26,003 bases of DNA from an uncultured Planctomycetales bacterium (GTDB lineage: Bacteria; Planctomycetota; Planctomycetia; Pirellulales; JAEUIK01): NCBI GenBank assembly GCA_938003525.1, contig CALKYM010000058.1, positions 1 to 26,003 on the forward strand, given 5' to 3'. Under the pieces are notes generated by a model, which saw only the letters and a program-made list of their open reading frames with translations, was not told the origin of the DNA and did no database searches. Both the position numbers and the translations under genes were made by a program. Below, one piece after another: positions 16,049-25,268 of this stretch (positions within the stretch are counted from its first letter, which is position 1; each line of letters begins with the position of its first letter).

Positions 16049-17455
16049 ATGTTGACGTTGCACAACGGCCAAGCGCGAATCGTTTGCGACCGTCGAGGCT
16101 TTTTGCGGGTGGGCGGCGGGCTGGCCGTTGCGGGTTTCGCGCTGCCGAACACGGTCTTTCAGAATTCGGCGTCCGCCGATTCGCCGCGTGCGGGACGTCG
16201 TGCAGGCAGCGCCAAGTCGTGCATTCTGGTGTACCTGCTGGGCGGGCCGCCGCATCTGGATATGTTTGACCTGAAACCGGCTGCGCCAGCCGAGATCCGC
16301 GGACCGTTTCAGCCGATCTCGACGCGCGTGCTGGGACTGCAAATCTGCGAGCTGTTGCCGCAACTGGCGGGCATGGCGGACAAGTACGCGCTGGTGCGCT
16401 CGGTGAGCCATCGCAACAGCAATCACACGCCGATGATCTACTACACGCTGACGGGTCGCCACACCGCTCAGCCAAATCGAGACAACGACGTGCGCCCACC
16501 GCAGGGTGATGACTTTCCGCACATGGGCTCCGTCATTGCGAAGCTCCGACCTCCGACCAACGCGCTACCCGGCTTTGTCGCAGTGCCGGAGGTGGCCATC
16601 CGCAGCAGCATCGAAGGAGAATACAAACGTGCGCGGACGCCGCTGCGGGGAGGTGGTCCCGGTTTTCTCGGCGCCCGGTTCGCACCCCTGTCGGTCGACG
16701 GTGAGCCGGGAACTCGGGAGGCAATTCCGGCGTTCAATTCACCGCCTGAGGTTTCTCCCGCACGCTTCGAGCGCCGCGCAGCGCTTCTCTCGCTGCTCGA
16801 CCGCACAGGCGGACCGGAGACACGGCCGCTCGAAGAAATCCAGACTCAGGCCGTCGCGTTGACCGGCTCTTCAGGTCGTGGCGGTCTACAGGCGTTTTCG
16901 CTGGATGGCGAGCCCGACGCGCTGCGCGATCGTTATGGACGGCACCGTTTCGGGCAGTCGATGTTGCTCGCCCGACGCCTGGCCGAGGCAGGCGTGCCGA
17001 TGATCGCCATTCACTTCAACGAAATGACGATCTGCGACGGTTGGGATACACACAGCAAGAACTTCGAGGCCTGTCGCGACGAACTGCTCCCGATGCTCGA
17101 TCAATCGCTCTCGGCTCTGCTGGAGGACCTCGATCACCGGGGGCGCCTCGACGAGACGTTAGTGGTCTGTATGGGTGAGTTCGGCCGCACGCCGAAGATC
17201 AACAAGAACGCTGGACGCGACCATTGGGGCGAATGCTCTTCGACCGTATTGGCCGGCGGCGGGATTCGCGGCGGGCAAGTCATTGGCGCGTCCGACAAGC
17301 ACGGGGCGTTCCCAACCGCGACACCCATCGACCCCGTCGATATCCAAGCCACGATCTACCACTGCTTGGGCCTCAGCCCACGCGAGCACATCTACGACCG
17401 ACTCGACCGACCTTGGGAAATCAGCCAAGGCCGCGTTATACGCCAACTCGTTTGA
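16049..17455 (+). CDS. DUF1501-domain protein, the sulfatase-like family abundant in Planctomycetota, with a Tat-type signal.
   Basis: DRRGFLRVGGGLAVAGFALP twin-arginine motif. Conserved DUF1501 segments LLGGPPHLDMFDLKP, VRSVSHRNSNHTPMIYYTLTG and CMGEFGRTPKIN...GRDHW. Recognised by eye, not searched. Confidence 0.8.
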   Translation: MLTLHNGQARIVCDRRGFLRVGGGLAVAGFALPNTVFQNSASADSPRAGRRAGSAKSCILVYLLGGPPHLDMFDLKPAAPAEIRGPFQPISTRVLGLQICELLPQLAGMADKYALVRSVSHRNSNHTPMIYYTLTGRHTAQPNRDNDVRPPQGDDFPHMGSVIAKLRPPTNALPGFVAVPEVAIRSSIEGEYKRARTPLRGGGPGFLGARFAPLSVDGEPGTREAIPAFNSPPEVSPARFERRAALLSLLDRTGGPETRPLEEIQTQAVALTGSSGRGGLQAFSLDGEPDALRDRYGRHRFGQSMLLARRLAEAGVPMIAIHFNEMTICDGWDTHSKNFEACRDELLPMLDQSLSALLEDLDHRGRLDETLVVCMGEFGRTPKINKNAGRDHWGECSSTVLAGGGIRGGQVIGASDKHGAFPTATPIDPVDIQATIYHCLGLSPREHIYDRLDRPWEISQGRVIRQLV

Positions 17456-17493
17456 GTTCGGGGCAGCTCGGTCGCCAGAGCCGCAAACTTGCA

Positions 17494-20073
17494 TCAATGG
17501 CGATGCGGCTTGGAGGGCTCGTGGCCCGGCTCAACGGGTAGCGGAAGGCCCAACATGTCGCCGCTGGGCTGGAAGCCGTCGCCGTCGACATCGACGAAGA
17601 TGGGATTGCCCACCGCCACCGGCATCTCGGCCCCGCGCTGCGATCCCATCACCGCCGTGCGATCGTGCCCCTCACCGGCGCAAGCGACGATCAAGTGGGC
17701 ATCTTGCGGCAACTCGATCGCGACCGTCTCATCGAACACGACGTGCTCCTCGTGAAACATCTGTGGGTGGCTGCGCAGTGTAAAGTTGTGCGCGTCGGAC
17801 AGGCTGCCGTTGATGAAGAGTTGCACGCGATTGACTTGCAGCCAGTTGGGCGTCTGCACGCGAACGTGGAGCTGGAGTTTGCCCCCGGGCGCGGTGAGGT
17901 CGTCGCCCACGGTCGCCTCGGCTCCGCCTTCATCGGCTGCGGCCAAGACTTCAAGATAAGGACCGTTGCTCATCACCATGTTGCCCCGCTCGGCCGATTC
18001 GACGAGATCGTCAATAGTCGCCTGCGACGGATCGTCTGACGGCATCTTGACAAAGTTCCTCAGCCCCCCGGAGCCGTGAAAGTTCCAGTGGGCGTCCGTG
18101 TTCACCACGCCGGGTGTGCGATAGCCGAGATTCAACAGTTGCATCCAATGAAAGATGGCATTGCTGCGGTCTCGCGGGCCCGGGAGCGCCTGCGGCGACT
18201 CGAAGATGTTAGGCAGCGGGTGCACTTCGATGACGTCCATGAAGGCGAACATCTTCTCGAATCCACCATCGGGCGATCCGTCGAGATCGCGATCGCCCAC
18301 CATCTGCACGATGTTCGGATGGTTGATCTGCACGACCTTGTCGGCGCCGTTGTCCCACATCGCGAGCCGCTCGATTTGCACGATGGGGTCGACGTCTGTC
18401 AGTGGCGCGCCGCCATCTTGCGTATGCGGATGCCGCACGAGCGGGAAAGCGTTTTGATGGTTGATCGGCAGCGGACGACCGGTCAACTCCAATCCGGGAC
18501 AGGTGAGCATGCGATGGCTGGCCTGAAAGTGTTCCAGGTGCGGATCGTAAATGCTGATGCGATTGTGCTCCGTGCACGGGGCGATCTCGATATGCTCGGC
18601 CAGCAGGTTGAGGACGCGGCCCCGCTGACTGGAGGTATTGTCGCCCGAGGGGGTCGAATGACTGTGAAAATCGGCGCTCAACCAGCCGGTCGTATCGACA
18701 CTCCGCGTTAGTTCCGCCCGCAGCGGCGCCTCGGCGCCGCGCGCGACTTCGATGTTGGTAAATACGGCGTCGTATTCGGGACCGTGGCTGATCACGACCT
18801 CATAGCTGCCCGGCGCGATCGCGATGCGGAACCGGCCGTTCGCCGTATAGTAGAGGTTGCGCACGCCGTGGATCGCGCTGTCCGGCCCGAAGTGCGGGTC
18901 GGGAGTGCCGTAGGTGCCGCGAAACTCGATCTTGCACGGGATCTCCTCGCCATCCACGCTGCTAATCTCGGCGGTCACATAACCGGGGGCGGGCAACGCG
19001 ATATTGAGCTGTTGGTCGGATCCCACGTCGAGTTGAATCGCTTGTTCACTACGTCCGATCGCGCGAACGATTCCCGTGTATGCTCCGGCAGGAAGTCGTG
19101 CAACGAGGCGACCTCTCGAATCAGTGCGACCGCGCGCGTAGGGTTGCCCGTCGCGCGAGTTCAGTTCGACTTCCGCTGCTTCGACCCCGCCGGCCGGGTC
19201 GCCGACGGAGAGTTCGACGGTGTGGAGTTCGTCGCCCGCCAACTCGTGCGCCAGTGCCACGATCTCGATCGGATGTGCGGCCGGATACACGTAACGCACG
19301 ATCTCGATGTCTTCGCCTGGCGATAGAGATTGTTTCTCGCTCTCGGAATAGCGCAGCCGCCGCATGGAACGGCCGGGCCTGTCTGCGTCGTTGAGGTCGG
19401 TTCGTAGTTGCCGGCCGGCCGCCACGACTCCATACGCTTGACGCCAATGCGCCTCGTAGGCCCAGAAGAGATTGACAAGTTCAGCCTGGCCGAACTCGAA
19501 TTCGCCATCCGCGCGGACGCCATCGCCAAGATCGACGTCGATCGGCTCATCGCTTGTGTTGGTGACTTTGGTGACAACCTCGAGCCAGCGCGCCGTGTCT
19601 GCGAGCACGTAGGTCAATTCGCAGGAAGTTTTCTGATCGTCGGAGCGGCCCTGGAACGTCACCATCAGCCGGTCCGCGGTGATGGAAGCGGACGGGCCTT
19701 CGGCATCTGCCAGTTCGGAGTTGGTGGGGCCACGCAGTTGATAGAGACCACCCAGCGGGTAAAACGCGCTGAGCTGATCGCTTTGCTGATTGCGAACTGT
19801 GAAGTCGATGACGGCGCCCCCCACGTTGCGAACTGTCATGTTGGCGTGGCGGCCTTCGACGGCGTCGGCAATGACGGCGACGACGTGCTCGTTGCGCAAC
19901 ACCCAGTCGCCGTAGTTGCAGTCGACTTCCTTGCCCTGGGGGACGAGCTCATCCCAGTTGCTTTCGGTCAAACGCACCAGTTCAGCACATTGCCCGGCCG
20001 TCGGTGTCACAAACGTCAGTGCGACGAAGATCAGAATTGCCAAGGCGAACCAGCGGCCGGTCGACTGAGCCAT
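17494..20073 (-). CDS. Secreted PHP-domain (polymerase/histidinol-phosphatase-like) metal-dependent hydrolase with N-terminal beta-sandwich (carboxypeptidase-regulatory-like) domains.
   Basis: The six-frame ORF opens at 20265. The preferred start is ATG at 20073 (MAQSTGRWFALAILIFVALTFVTPTAGQ, a signal peptide) with AGGAGC about 5 nt upstream. PHP motif DFHSHSTPSGDNTSS and later His/Asp-rich segments (TEHNRISIYDPHLEHF, NTDAHWNFHGSGG). Family call is moderate confidence. Confidence 0.55.
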   Translation of the reverse strand: MAQSTGRWFALAILIFVALTFVTPTAGQCAELVRLTESNWDELVPQGKEVDCNYGDWVLRNEHVVAVIADAVEGRHANMTVRNVGGAVIDFTVRNQQSDQLSAFYPLGGLYQLRGPTNSELADAEGPSASITADRLMVTFQGRSDDQKTSCELTYVLADTARWLEVVTKVTNTSDEPIDVDLGDGVRADGEFEFGQAELVNLFWAYEAHWRQAYGVVAAGRQLRTDLNDADRPGRSMRRLRYSESEKQSLSPGEDIEIVRYVYPAAHPIEIVALAHELAGDELHTVELSVGDPAGGVEAAEVELNSRDGQPYARGRTDSRGRLVARLPAGAYTGIVRAIGRSEQAIQLDVGSDQQLNIALPAPGYVTAEISSVDGEEIPCKIEFRGTYGTPDPHFGPDSAIHGVRNLYYTANGRFRIAIAPGSYEVVISHGPEYDAVFTNIEVARGAEAPLRAELTRSVDTTGWLSADFHSHSTPSGDNTSSQRGRVLNLLAEHIEIAPCTEHNRISIYDPHLEHFQASHRMLTCPGLELTGRPLPINHQNAFPLVRHPHTQDGGAPLTDVDPIVQIERLAMWDNGADKVVQINHPNIVQMVGDRDLDGSPDGGFEKMFAFMDVIEVHPLPNIFESPQALPGPRDRSNAIFHWMQLLNLGYRTPGVVNTDAHWNFHGSGGLRNFVKMPSDDPSQATIDDLVESAERGNMVMSNGPYLEVLAAADEGGAEATVGDDLTAPGGKLQLHVRVQTPNWLQVNRVQLFINGSLSDAHNFTLRSHPQMFHEEHVVFDETVAIELPQDAHLIVACAGEGHDRTAVMGSQRGAEMPVAVGNPIFVDVDGDGFQPSGDMLGLPLPVEPGHEPSKPHRH

Positions 20074-20438
20074 CACATCGCTCCTGTTTGCTGCAAAGAC
20101 ATAGCCCGTGAGCCAAGATTGTAACACGACGAACGCGAGCCCTATTTGGCTGAGCGGATTCCTAACGGCTTCACGATTGATCTTCACCCAAGCCGGACAC
20201 GGCGCACCGCTCCGCGCTCTGCGACTCCGTTTTCCGGGCCCGATGTCGCTTTCGCCAGAGCGCACGCGACGCTCGAATCTCAGCAGACTAACTGTCCGAA
20301 GATTGTCGACTCCGGGCTGCCAGCTTCGTGTGGGGCGATAGGCTGACCGCGTCTTGAAGCAGTTCGCTCGGTCGATCGTGCGGGAGCGCGACTAGCGTCG
20401 CCGTGATGGGCTGCCTAATCTGGAGAGGAGTAGCCTAT

Positions 20439-20446
20439 TGTATACT
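20439..20446 (+). promoter_or_regulatory. Candidate extended -10 element (TGTATACT) in the divergent intergenic region, about 100 bp upstream of the JmjC-like gene.
   Basis: TGnTATACT stands out in a GC-rich background. No good -35 hexamer is present, as is typical for extended -10 promoters. Position-based inference only. Confidence 0.2.
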
Positions 20447-20547
20447 GTCGAAGTGCGCTCTATTTGCGGAGCGAGTGACGGCGGCAGTCGTTCGCTTGGC
20501 GCTTTCCTGGTGACTTGGATATCACATTCCGGAGAACGTGCAGAAGC

Positions 20548-21591
20548 ATGGCCCCGTCTCGTACCGTGTCCGACAGCAGCGAATTGAAAGATGATACCGG
20601 TAACTGTTTCATCCACGTCATCGAACGAGACGAGCACGGCGGAGTCTTGACCGGCGAGGTGCTGGAGTCGTGCTCGCAAGAATTCTCTACGCCGGTCGTG
20701 TTTCGTGGTATGGTTCCGCTCGGCGAGAAGGGACTCGGCCGAGAGTTTCTCGAATTCGATCTGGAGCAGAAACTACTGTGGCGCGAGCGGACCGGCCAGC
20801 AGTCGGTCTCCTTTCGCGATGCTGTCGGCAAGACCGACTACAACTACGTGACGGGGCGGGAGGGAACGGCCCGCGCCTATCTTGACGAGATCTTCGTACG
20901 GCAAAAGGACGTCTACGCGCATCTCGGTCATATCTCCAGTGGTTTCGATCGACTCGACAAGTACCCCTGGGGCCGGGCGCTGTTCGATCGCATTCATGCC
21001 GAAGTGTTCCGCACCGACTGGTTCGCGGTGCCTGGTTGGGAGCTGACCGGACACGCCTTCTTGGGCCACAACACGGAGATGTTCGCGGAGCCGGCTCAGG
21101 GTGCGCCCGGCTCCGACTGGCACATGTTCCCAACCACAAACTTGTTTGTGATGTTGGCAGGCACGAAGAAGTGGATGACGCGACCGCCCCAGTCCGGCGA
21201 CCAACTGACTCATCGCGCGGAGTTGATCTTTCCTTCTGGCGGCCGAGAGCGACCGGCGGAAGAGCACTCGTACGACACGGTGTATCTCAAGCCGGGCGAC
21301 GTGCTGTTCAATGTTCCGTTTGAGTGGCACAAGGTGCTGAACGCCCGCGGCTGGTCGCTCGGAGCGGCGTTTCGCGTGATCGATCGTCCGTACGTGAACG
21401 AACTGCTGGCGTCTCCGGCCATCGCGGCCAATGTGAAGCTCAAGGAGCTCAGTGACGAGTATGCCCACCTGGCCACGTCGCTGCGGATGGCATCGCGCGA
21501 TCCGGTGCGGAGCCAGATGGCATTGAACATCGGCGAGATGATGATCTGTGCCGTGTCGCGTTTTCCGATGATCGCCGCTCCGACGATGTGA
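20548..21591 (+). CDS. JmjC/cupin-like domain protein, a putative 2-oxoglutarate/Fe(II)-type oxygenase fold.
   Basis: ATG at 20548 with GGAGAA 11 nt upstream; the ORF track start at 20515 is TTG. JmjC-like core HAFLGHNTEMF ... WHMFPTTNLFVMLAGTKKWM ... YLKPGDVLFNVPFEWHKVLNARGWSLGAAF, which resembles the pGDvLyiPrgWwH.v.n pattern of cupin-4/JmjC proteins. Confidence 0.55.
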   Translation: MAPSRTVSDSSELKDDTGNCFIHVIERDEHGGVLTGEVLESCSQEFSTPVVFRGMVPLGEKGLGREFLEFDLEQKLLWRERTGQQSVSFRDAVGKTDYNYVTGREGTARAYLDEIFVRQKDVYAHLGHISSGFDRLDKYPWGRALFDRIHAEVFRTDWFAVPGWELTGHAFLGHNTEMFAEPAQGAPGSDWHMFPTTNLFVMLAGTKKWMTRPPQSGDQLTHRAELIFPSGGRERPAEEHSYDTVYLKPGDVLFNVPFEWHKVLNARGWSLGAAFRVIDRPYVNELLASPAIAANVKLKELSDEYAHLATSLRMASRDPVRSQMALNIGEMMICAVSRFPMIAAPTM

Positions 21592-21673
21592 GGATTGCTC
21601 TGGCGGGCGACGAACACCCTCACCGCTTCAGCATCACGCCTCGCTGATCTCCTGTATTTCGCGGCCAGCCGCC

Positions 21674-22075
21674 ATGAGCAATTTCGAGCTCGATGCCCTA
21701 CGAGAGTGTTCTGACCGCGGTGCGGTGATGATGCTCAATCTCGTCAAGTTTCGTGAGAGATCGCGCGACGGCTGCGAGTCGGGCCGGAAGGCCTACGCGC
21801 GGTACATGAAAGCGGCCGAGCCATTGGTCGAAGCTCGGGGCGGTCGCGTCGTCTGGGCAGGTGCGGTCGATGGCCCGGCGCTCTGCGAGGGTGGCGAGAC
21901 CGACTGGGACTGGTCGCTGTTGGTCCACTACCCCAGCCGGGCCGCGTTCGTCGAGATGGTCACCAGCCCCGAGTACCAAGAGGCCAATCGCCACCGCGAG
22001 AACGGCGTGGAACGACACCTCATTCTGGCGACTTCGACCCTGAAGTTCGCCGCCTCGCCTGAACTCGAAGCCTAG
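21674..22075 (+). CDS. DUF1330-family small protein.
   Basis: Pattern LNLVKFRE...AYARYMKAAEPLVEARGGRVVWAG...LLVHYPSRAAFVEMVTSPEYQEANRHRENG matches the DUF1330 consensus (..GGr.l..g...EG.w...vviEFpS.eaa..wy.SpEYq). Recognised by eye. Confidence 0.55.
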   Translation: MSNFELDALRECSDRGAVMMLNLVKFRERSRDGCESGRKAYARYMKAAEPLVEARGGRVVWAGAVDGPALCEGGETDWDWSLLVHYPSRAAFVEMVTSPEYQEANRHRENGVERHLILATSTLKFAASPELEA

Positions 22076-22301
22076 TTCGACAGGCAGTTTCGTGGGAGTG
22101 CGCTGCCAGACACCGGCCTGAGCGAGAAGCGGGCGCGGAACTGTAGCGCGTGGTGAAGAGCCGAGGCTTACAAATCTCCAGGGCGGCGCTCGAGGAGCGC
22201 TATGGAAACCGGCCGCGACTGGGTAACCTGTTCAATGGACTAGCGTCTGTCCAAGCAACGATGACCATTCCGGCACGAGGATGGCACCCTACTCGAGGGC
22301 C

Positions 22302-22345
22302 CTATTCAGAGGCCCACGCTACAGAGGCCCCCTACACGGAGGCAC
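22302..22345 (+). repeat. Three imperfect direct repeats with a period of about 15 nt, immediately upstream of the first CBS gene.
   Basis: CTATTCAGAGGCCCACG / CTACAGAGGCCCCC / CTACACGGAGGCAC. The last copy supplies the GGAGG ribosome-binding site. Confidence 0.3.
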
Positions 22346-22351
22346 TGTCCC

Positions 22352-22822
22352 ATGGGACTTCACGAGAATATGCAGGCTGAGCCCGTCAGCCGACTGCGCG
22401 TGCGTCAGCCGGCGACCGCGTCGCCCGATACAACGTTGCGGGCGGCCGTCGGCATGATGCGCGAGAAGCGGCTGGGCTGCGTGATCATGATCGACCAACA
22501 GCGCCGGCCGCTGGGGATGTTTACCGAGAGCATGCTCACGCAAATCATTGCGCAAAATCCCGCGGCACTCGATGAACCGCTCGAGAACCATGTTTCCGAA
22601 CGCTGGCCGTGGGTCAAGCCGACCGACAAGATCGCTGTCGTCCTGGAAGCCCTGCAATCGAAGAACGTGCGGTTTCTATGCGTCGTTGACGACGACGATC
22701 GCCTGGTTGGCCTGACAGGGCAAAAAGGATTGATGGAGTACGTCGCCGAACATTTCCCCGGCCAGGTCATGGTGCAGCGCATCGGCAGCAAGCCCTACAC
22801 CGATCAGCGAGAGGGAGCGTGA
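22352..22822 (+). CDS. CBS-pair domain protein.
   Basis: Two CBS-like units: ...TLRAAVGMMREKRLGCVIMIDQQRRPLGMFTESMLTQII and ...KIAVVLEALQSKNVRFLCVVDDDDRLVGLTGQKGLMEYV. GGAGGC lies 9 nt upstream of the ATG. Confidence 0.7.
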   Translation: MGLHENMQAEPVSRLRVRQPATASPDTTLRAAVGMMREKRLGCVIMIDQQRRPLGMFTESMLTQIIAQNPAALDEPLENHVSERWPWVKPTDKIAVVLEALQSKNVRFLCVVDDDDRLVGLTGQKGLMEYVAEHFPGQVMVQRIGSKPYTDQREGA

Positions 22823-22824
22823 TC

Positions 22825-23322
22825 ATGTCGAGTGAATCTTCAGGTACGCCCTCGCCCGATGACTTCCAGGATCCGCTGGAGAACTACGAACCCAAGACCT
22901 ACGACGACGTCGTCGAACAGGCCCTGGCCGAGAAAACGGTGACGGAGATTCAGCACGCCCCGTTCACGACGATCGCACCCGACACCTCGATTGCGTCCGC
23001 CATCGAAAAGCTGGCCGCCAGTCACATCGCCTGCCTGCTCGTTGCAGAGGAAGGCAAGTTGGTGGGCGTGTTCACTGATCGAGATGTCCTCGACAAGGTC
23101 GCTTTGGAATACGACCAGGTGAAGGACGCGCCGGTGAGCAACGTGATGGCCGCCAATCCGGTTTACGTCTACGAGACCGACCCGGCGGCAGCGGCTCTAT
23201 CGGTGATGGCCGTCGGCGGTTACCGCCACGTGCCGATTCTCGATCTGGACGACCAACTGGTCGGCATCGTAAGCCCTCAGCGCGTTACCGCCTTCCTGCA
23301 ACGGCACCTGGAAGCGAAGTGA
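22825..23322 (+). CDS. CBS-pair domain protein, a second tandem copy.
   Basis: ATG at 22825 with GAGGGAGCG upstream; the six-frame track opens at GTG 22819, overlapping the upstream stop. CBS units ...SIASAIEKLAASHIACLLVAEEGKLVGVFTDRDVL and ...AAALSVMAVGGYRHVPILDLDDQLVGIVSPQRV. Confidence 0.7.
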   Translation: MSSESSGTPSPDDFQDPLENYEPKTYDDVVEQALAEKTVTEIQHAPFTTIAPDTSIASAIEKLAASHIACLLVAEEGKLVGVFTDRDVLDKVALEYDQVKDAPVSNVMAANPVYVYETDPAAAALSVMAVGGYRHVPILDLDDQLVGIVSPQRVTAFLQRHLEAK

Positions 23323-23458
23323 GCGTCGGGCTGAACGACGCATGGTCAATAGAGGATCAGTGCGCATCGCGTCGTGCGAACAGTCGGGCTTGATCGAGGG
23401 CGATGGCGAACCATAAACGCACCGGAGGGCGGGACGATTCCCGACCTCCGGTGTTTCG

Positions 23459-24568
23459 CTACAGCAGGTTGACAACCCGGTCGGCCAGGCCCTTTTCGCC
23501 CAGCACAACGTTGAGCTTGCCGCTGGTGGCGACCTTCTCCAGGACTTCCAGTTCGCGGAGTCGCATCAACGTCGGGTTGTCTGCCAACAGCCGCGCCGTA
23601 TTGGCCTGCGACCGCATGGCGGCCGTCTCTTCACGGCGAACAATCAGATTCGCCTCGGCGGCCTTCTTGGCCTCCGTCACGCGGTTGAGCAGTTCCCTCA
23701 TATCGCCCGGCAGGATCACGTCGCGGACACCAACCGATGCGACTTCCAGGCCCAGCTCGCCCGCGCGGCGGCGAACCGTCTCGGCGAACTCGTCCGTGAC
23801 CGCGTCCTTGTCCGTCAGGAACGCGTCGAGTTCGCGCGTCGCGACCACAGCCCGCAGCGCCAACTGCGCCTCGCGGTACAGCGACTGCTGCGCGCCGTCG
23901 GCGACGCTCACCGCCAGTCGCGGGTCGACGACACGGTAGGTGACCACGGCGTTCATCCGCAGCGTGACCTTGTCGGCGGTCATGATTTCCTGACCCGCCA
24001 CATCCAAGGTCTGCTCGCGGAGATCGACCTGCACGACCTTCGCGTCGGCCGCGTTCAGCCAGAACGCGTACTTACCCGGCGGCAGCGTCTCGACATACTC
24101 GCCATCCTGGAACGACACGCCGACCGTGTGCCGCTCAACCGCGCAGACATCGAGCACTCGCGCAGCGCCAGCGCTGCGCACGATGACCTTGAAGTCCTCG
24201 TGCTCGAACCGCACGCGGCGGGCATCAACGACCTCTACGCGCACGTTCTTTGCGCCGATCCAGTACGCATACAGACCCGGCGGCAGGATGTGGCTGAAGC
24301 GACCCTCGATCCACACCAGTGCGCGCTCATAGTCCTTCAGGTCGACGACTTGAGCCAGACCGTCGAGCGCGCCGCTCTTGACGATCACGTCGAGCTGCTC
24401 GTGAACCAGCCACGGCGCCCGCTGTGACACGACCTCAACGTGAATCTTCCACGCCGGACCGAGCAGCCAGTGTCGGCCGGCGGCAAGCAGGCGCTGAAAC
24501 TCACCATCGCGGAAGTACAGGCCGATCTCGTAACGTCGAATCTTCACTCGCTTGAACAACATGGCCAT
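23459..24568 (-). CDS. SPFH/band-7 (stomatin/flotillin-like) domain protein with a triplicated N-terminal repeat.
   Basis: C-terminal SPFH-like core (DKVTLRMNAVVTYRVVDP ... YREAQLALRAVVATRELD ... AKKAAEANLIVRREETAAMRSQANTARL). The N-terminal half carries three repeats of about 50 aa: YEIGLYFRDGEFQRLLAAGRHWLLGP, YERALVWIEGRFSHILPPGLYAYWIGAK and HTVGVSFQDGEYVETLPPGKYAFWLNAA. A perfect AAGGAGG precedes the start; the true start may be the third codon (ATG at 24562). Confidence 0.65.
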   Translation of the reverse strand: MAMLFKRVKIRRYEIGLYFRDGEFQRLLAAGRHWLLGPAWKIHVEVVSQRAPWLVHEQLDVIVKSGALDGLAQVVDLKDYERALVWIEGRFSHILPPGLYAYWIGAKNVRVEVVDARRVRFEHEDFKVIVRSAGAARVLDVCAVERHTVGVSFQDGEYVETLPPGKYAFWLNAADAKVVQVDLREQTLDVAGQEIMTADKVTLRMNAVVTYRVVDPRLAVSVADGAQQSLYREAQLALRAVVATRELDAFLTDKDAVTDEFAETVRRRAGELGLEVASVGVRDVILPGDMRELLNRVTEAKKAAEANLIVRREETAAMRSQANTARLLADNPTLMRLRELEVLEKVATSGKLNVVLGEKGLADRVVNLL

Positions 24569-25018
24569 CCCTCCTTTCCTAGTGAGTGCTGTGTTTGTTG
24601 CACAAAATTATTGATCTATGCAGTAGATGATTCTTAGTCGCCGGTCCAGGTTCACAAGTTCTGAAAAAGACCCTCGGGCAGCGAAACGTATCGCTTGATC
24701 ACGCGCTCGAAACGCGGAGTCCGCTTGAGCGGTCAGTGGCGCGGTGCCGTCATTCGGACGCCGCCGATGTGGCCAGCACGGCATTGCCGGGCTGGCGCTC
24801 GTCGGCTTGATCCGAACTTGAGCACCGCGCGCATGAAGGCGGAATCTGCGGACTGCAAGGCGTCGAGCCACGCTGCCGCTACGCCACACCATTGCTTCGG
24901 CTTGGCCGCAGCCTCACCTTGGCGCTGGCGTCGCGCGCGGCCGATCAAACGATCGTCCGCTGCCCTCGGGCTTCTTGGTCGCGGACGCTTGCGCGCCCAT
25001 GCAGGCTGTTCGCCTGCG

Positions 25019-25091
25019 GAGTTGGTACGGGAGTCGAACCCGTGACAGCCAGATTAGCAGTCTGGTGCTCTAACCACTGAGCTAACCTCAT
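25019..25091 (-). tRNA. tRNA-like gene with anticodon GCU, a class-I (short variable arm) body, and a 5' acceptor strand that does not pair with the 3' strand. Possible pseudogene or atypical tRNA.
   Basis: Minus-strand read: TA-GCTCAGTGGTTAGAGC (canonical D arm), then CCAGA-CTGCTAA-TCTGG (anticodon arm, U33, anticodon GCT), variable CTGTC, T arm ACGGG-TTCGACT-CCCGT (A58 present), and 3' acceptor ACCAACT + C. The 5' strand is ATGAGGT, so only 4 of 7 acceptor pairs form. GCU (Ser) tRNAs normally have a long variable arm, which is absent here. Confidence 0.4.
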
Positions 25092-25268
25092 GGCGGTTTC
25101 GTCTTCGCTTTCGTCAGAACCCAGTCACGGAACGCACGGAACCAACCGCTTTACTGGGGCGCCGTGCGCCGCTGGCCCAGCGATCGCAAAACCTTGCTTG
25201 CAAAGAGACGCCTTGGGTGTGCGTTCGCGCCGTAGCATCTCTCTGTGCAGCACTGATGCCGATGTCGT

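Noticed and set aside
14044-16522. Minus-strand ORFs 14044..14853, 14911..15846, 15915..16499 and 15941..16522
   Set aside because: They overlap the CcoG-like and DUF1501 genes on the opposite strand, or fill the intergenic gap with Ala/Ser/Arg-rich low-complexity translations. No start-site or domain support.
24608-25045. ORFs 24608..24892 (-) and 24695..25045 (+) between the SPFH gene and the tRNAs
   Set aside because: They overlap each other, are Arg/Ala-rich with no domains, and the second runs into the tRNA-like gene. Likely non-coding.
25019-25095. Whether the first tRNA-like element is a tmRNA tRNA-like domain
   Set aside because: It has a canonical D arm (GCTCAGTGGTTAGAGC) and a complete anticodon arm, which tmRNA lacks. 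No mRNA-like or pseudoknot region is evident nearby.
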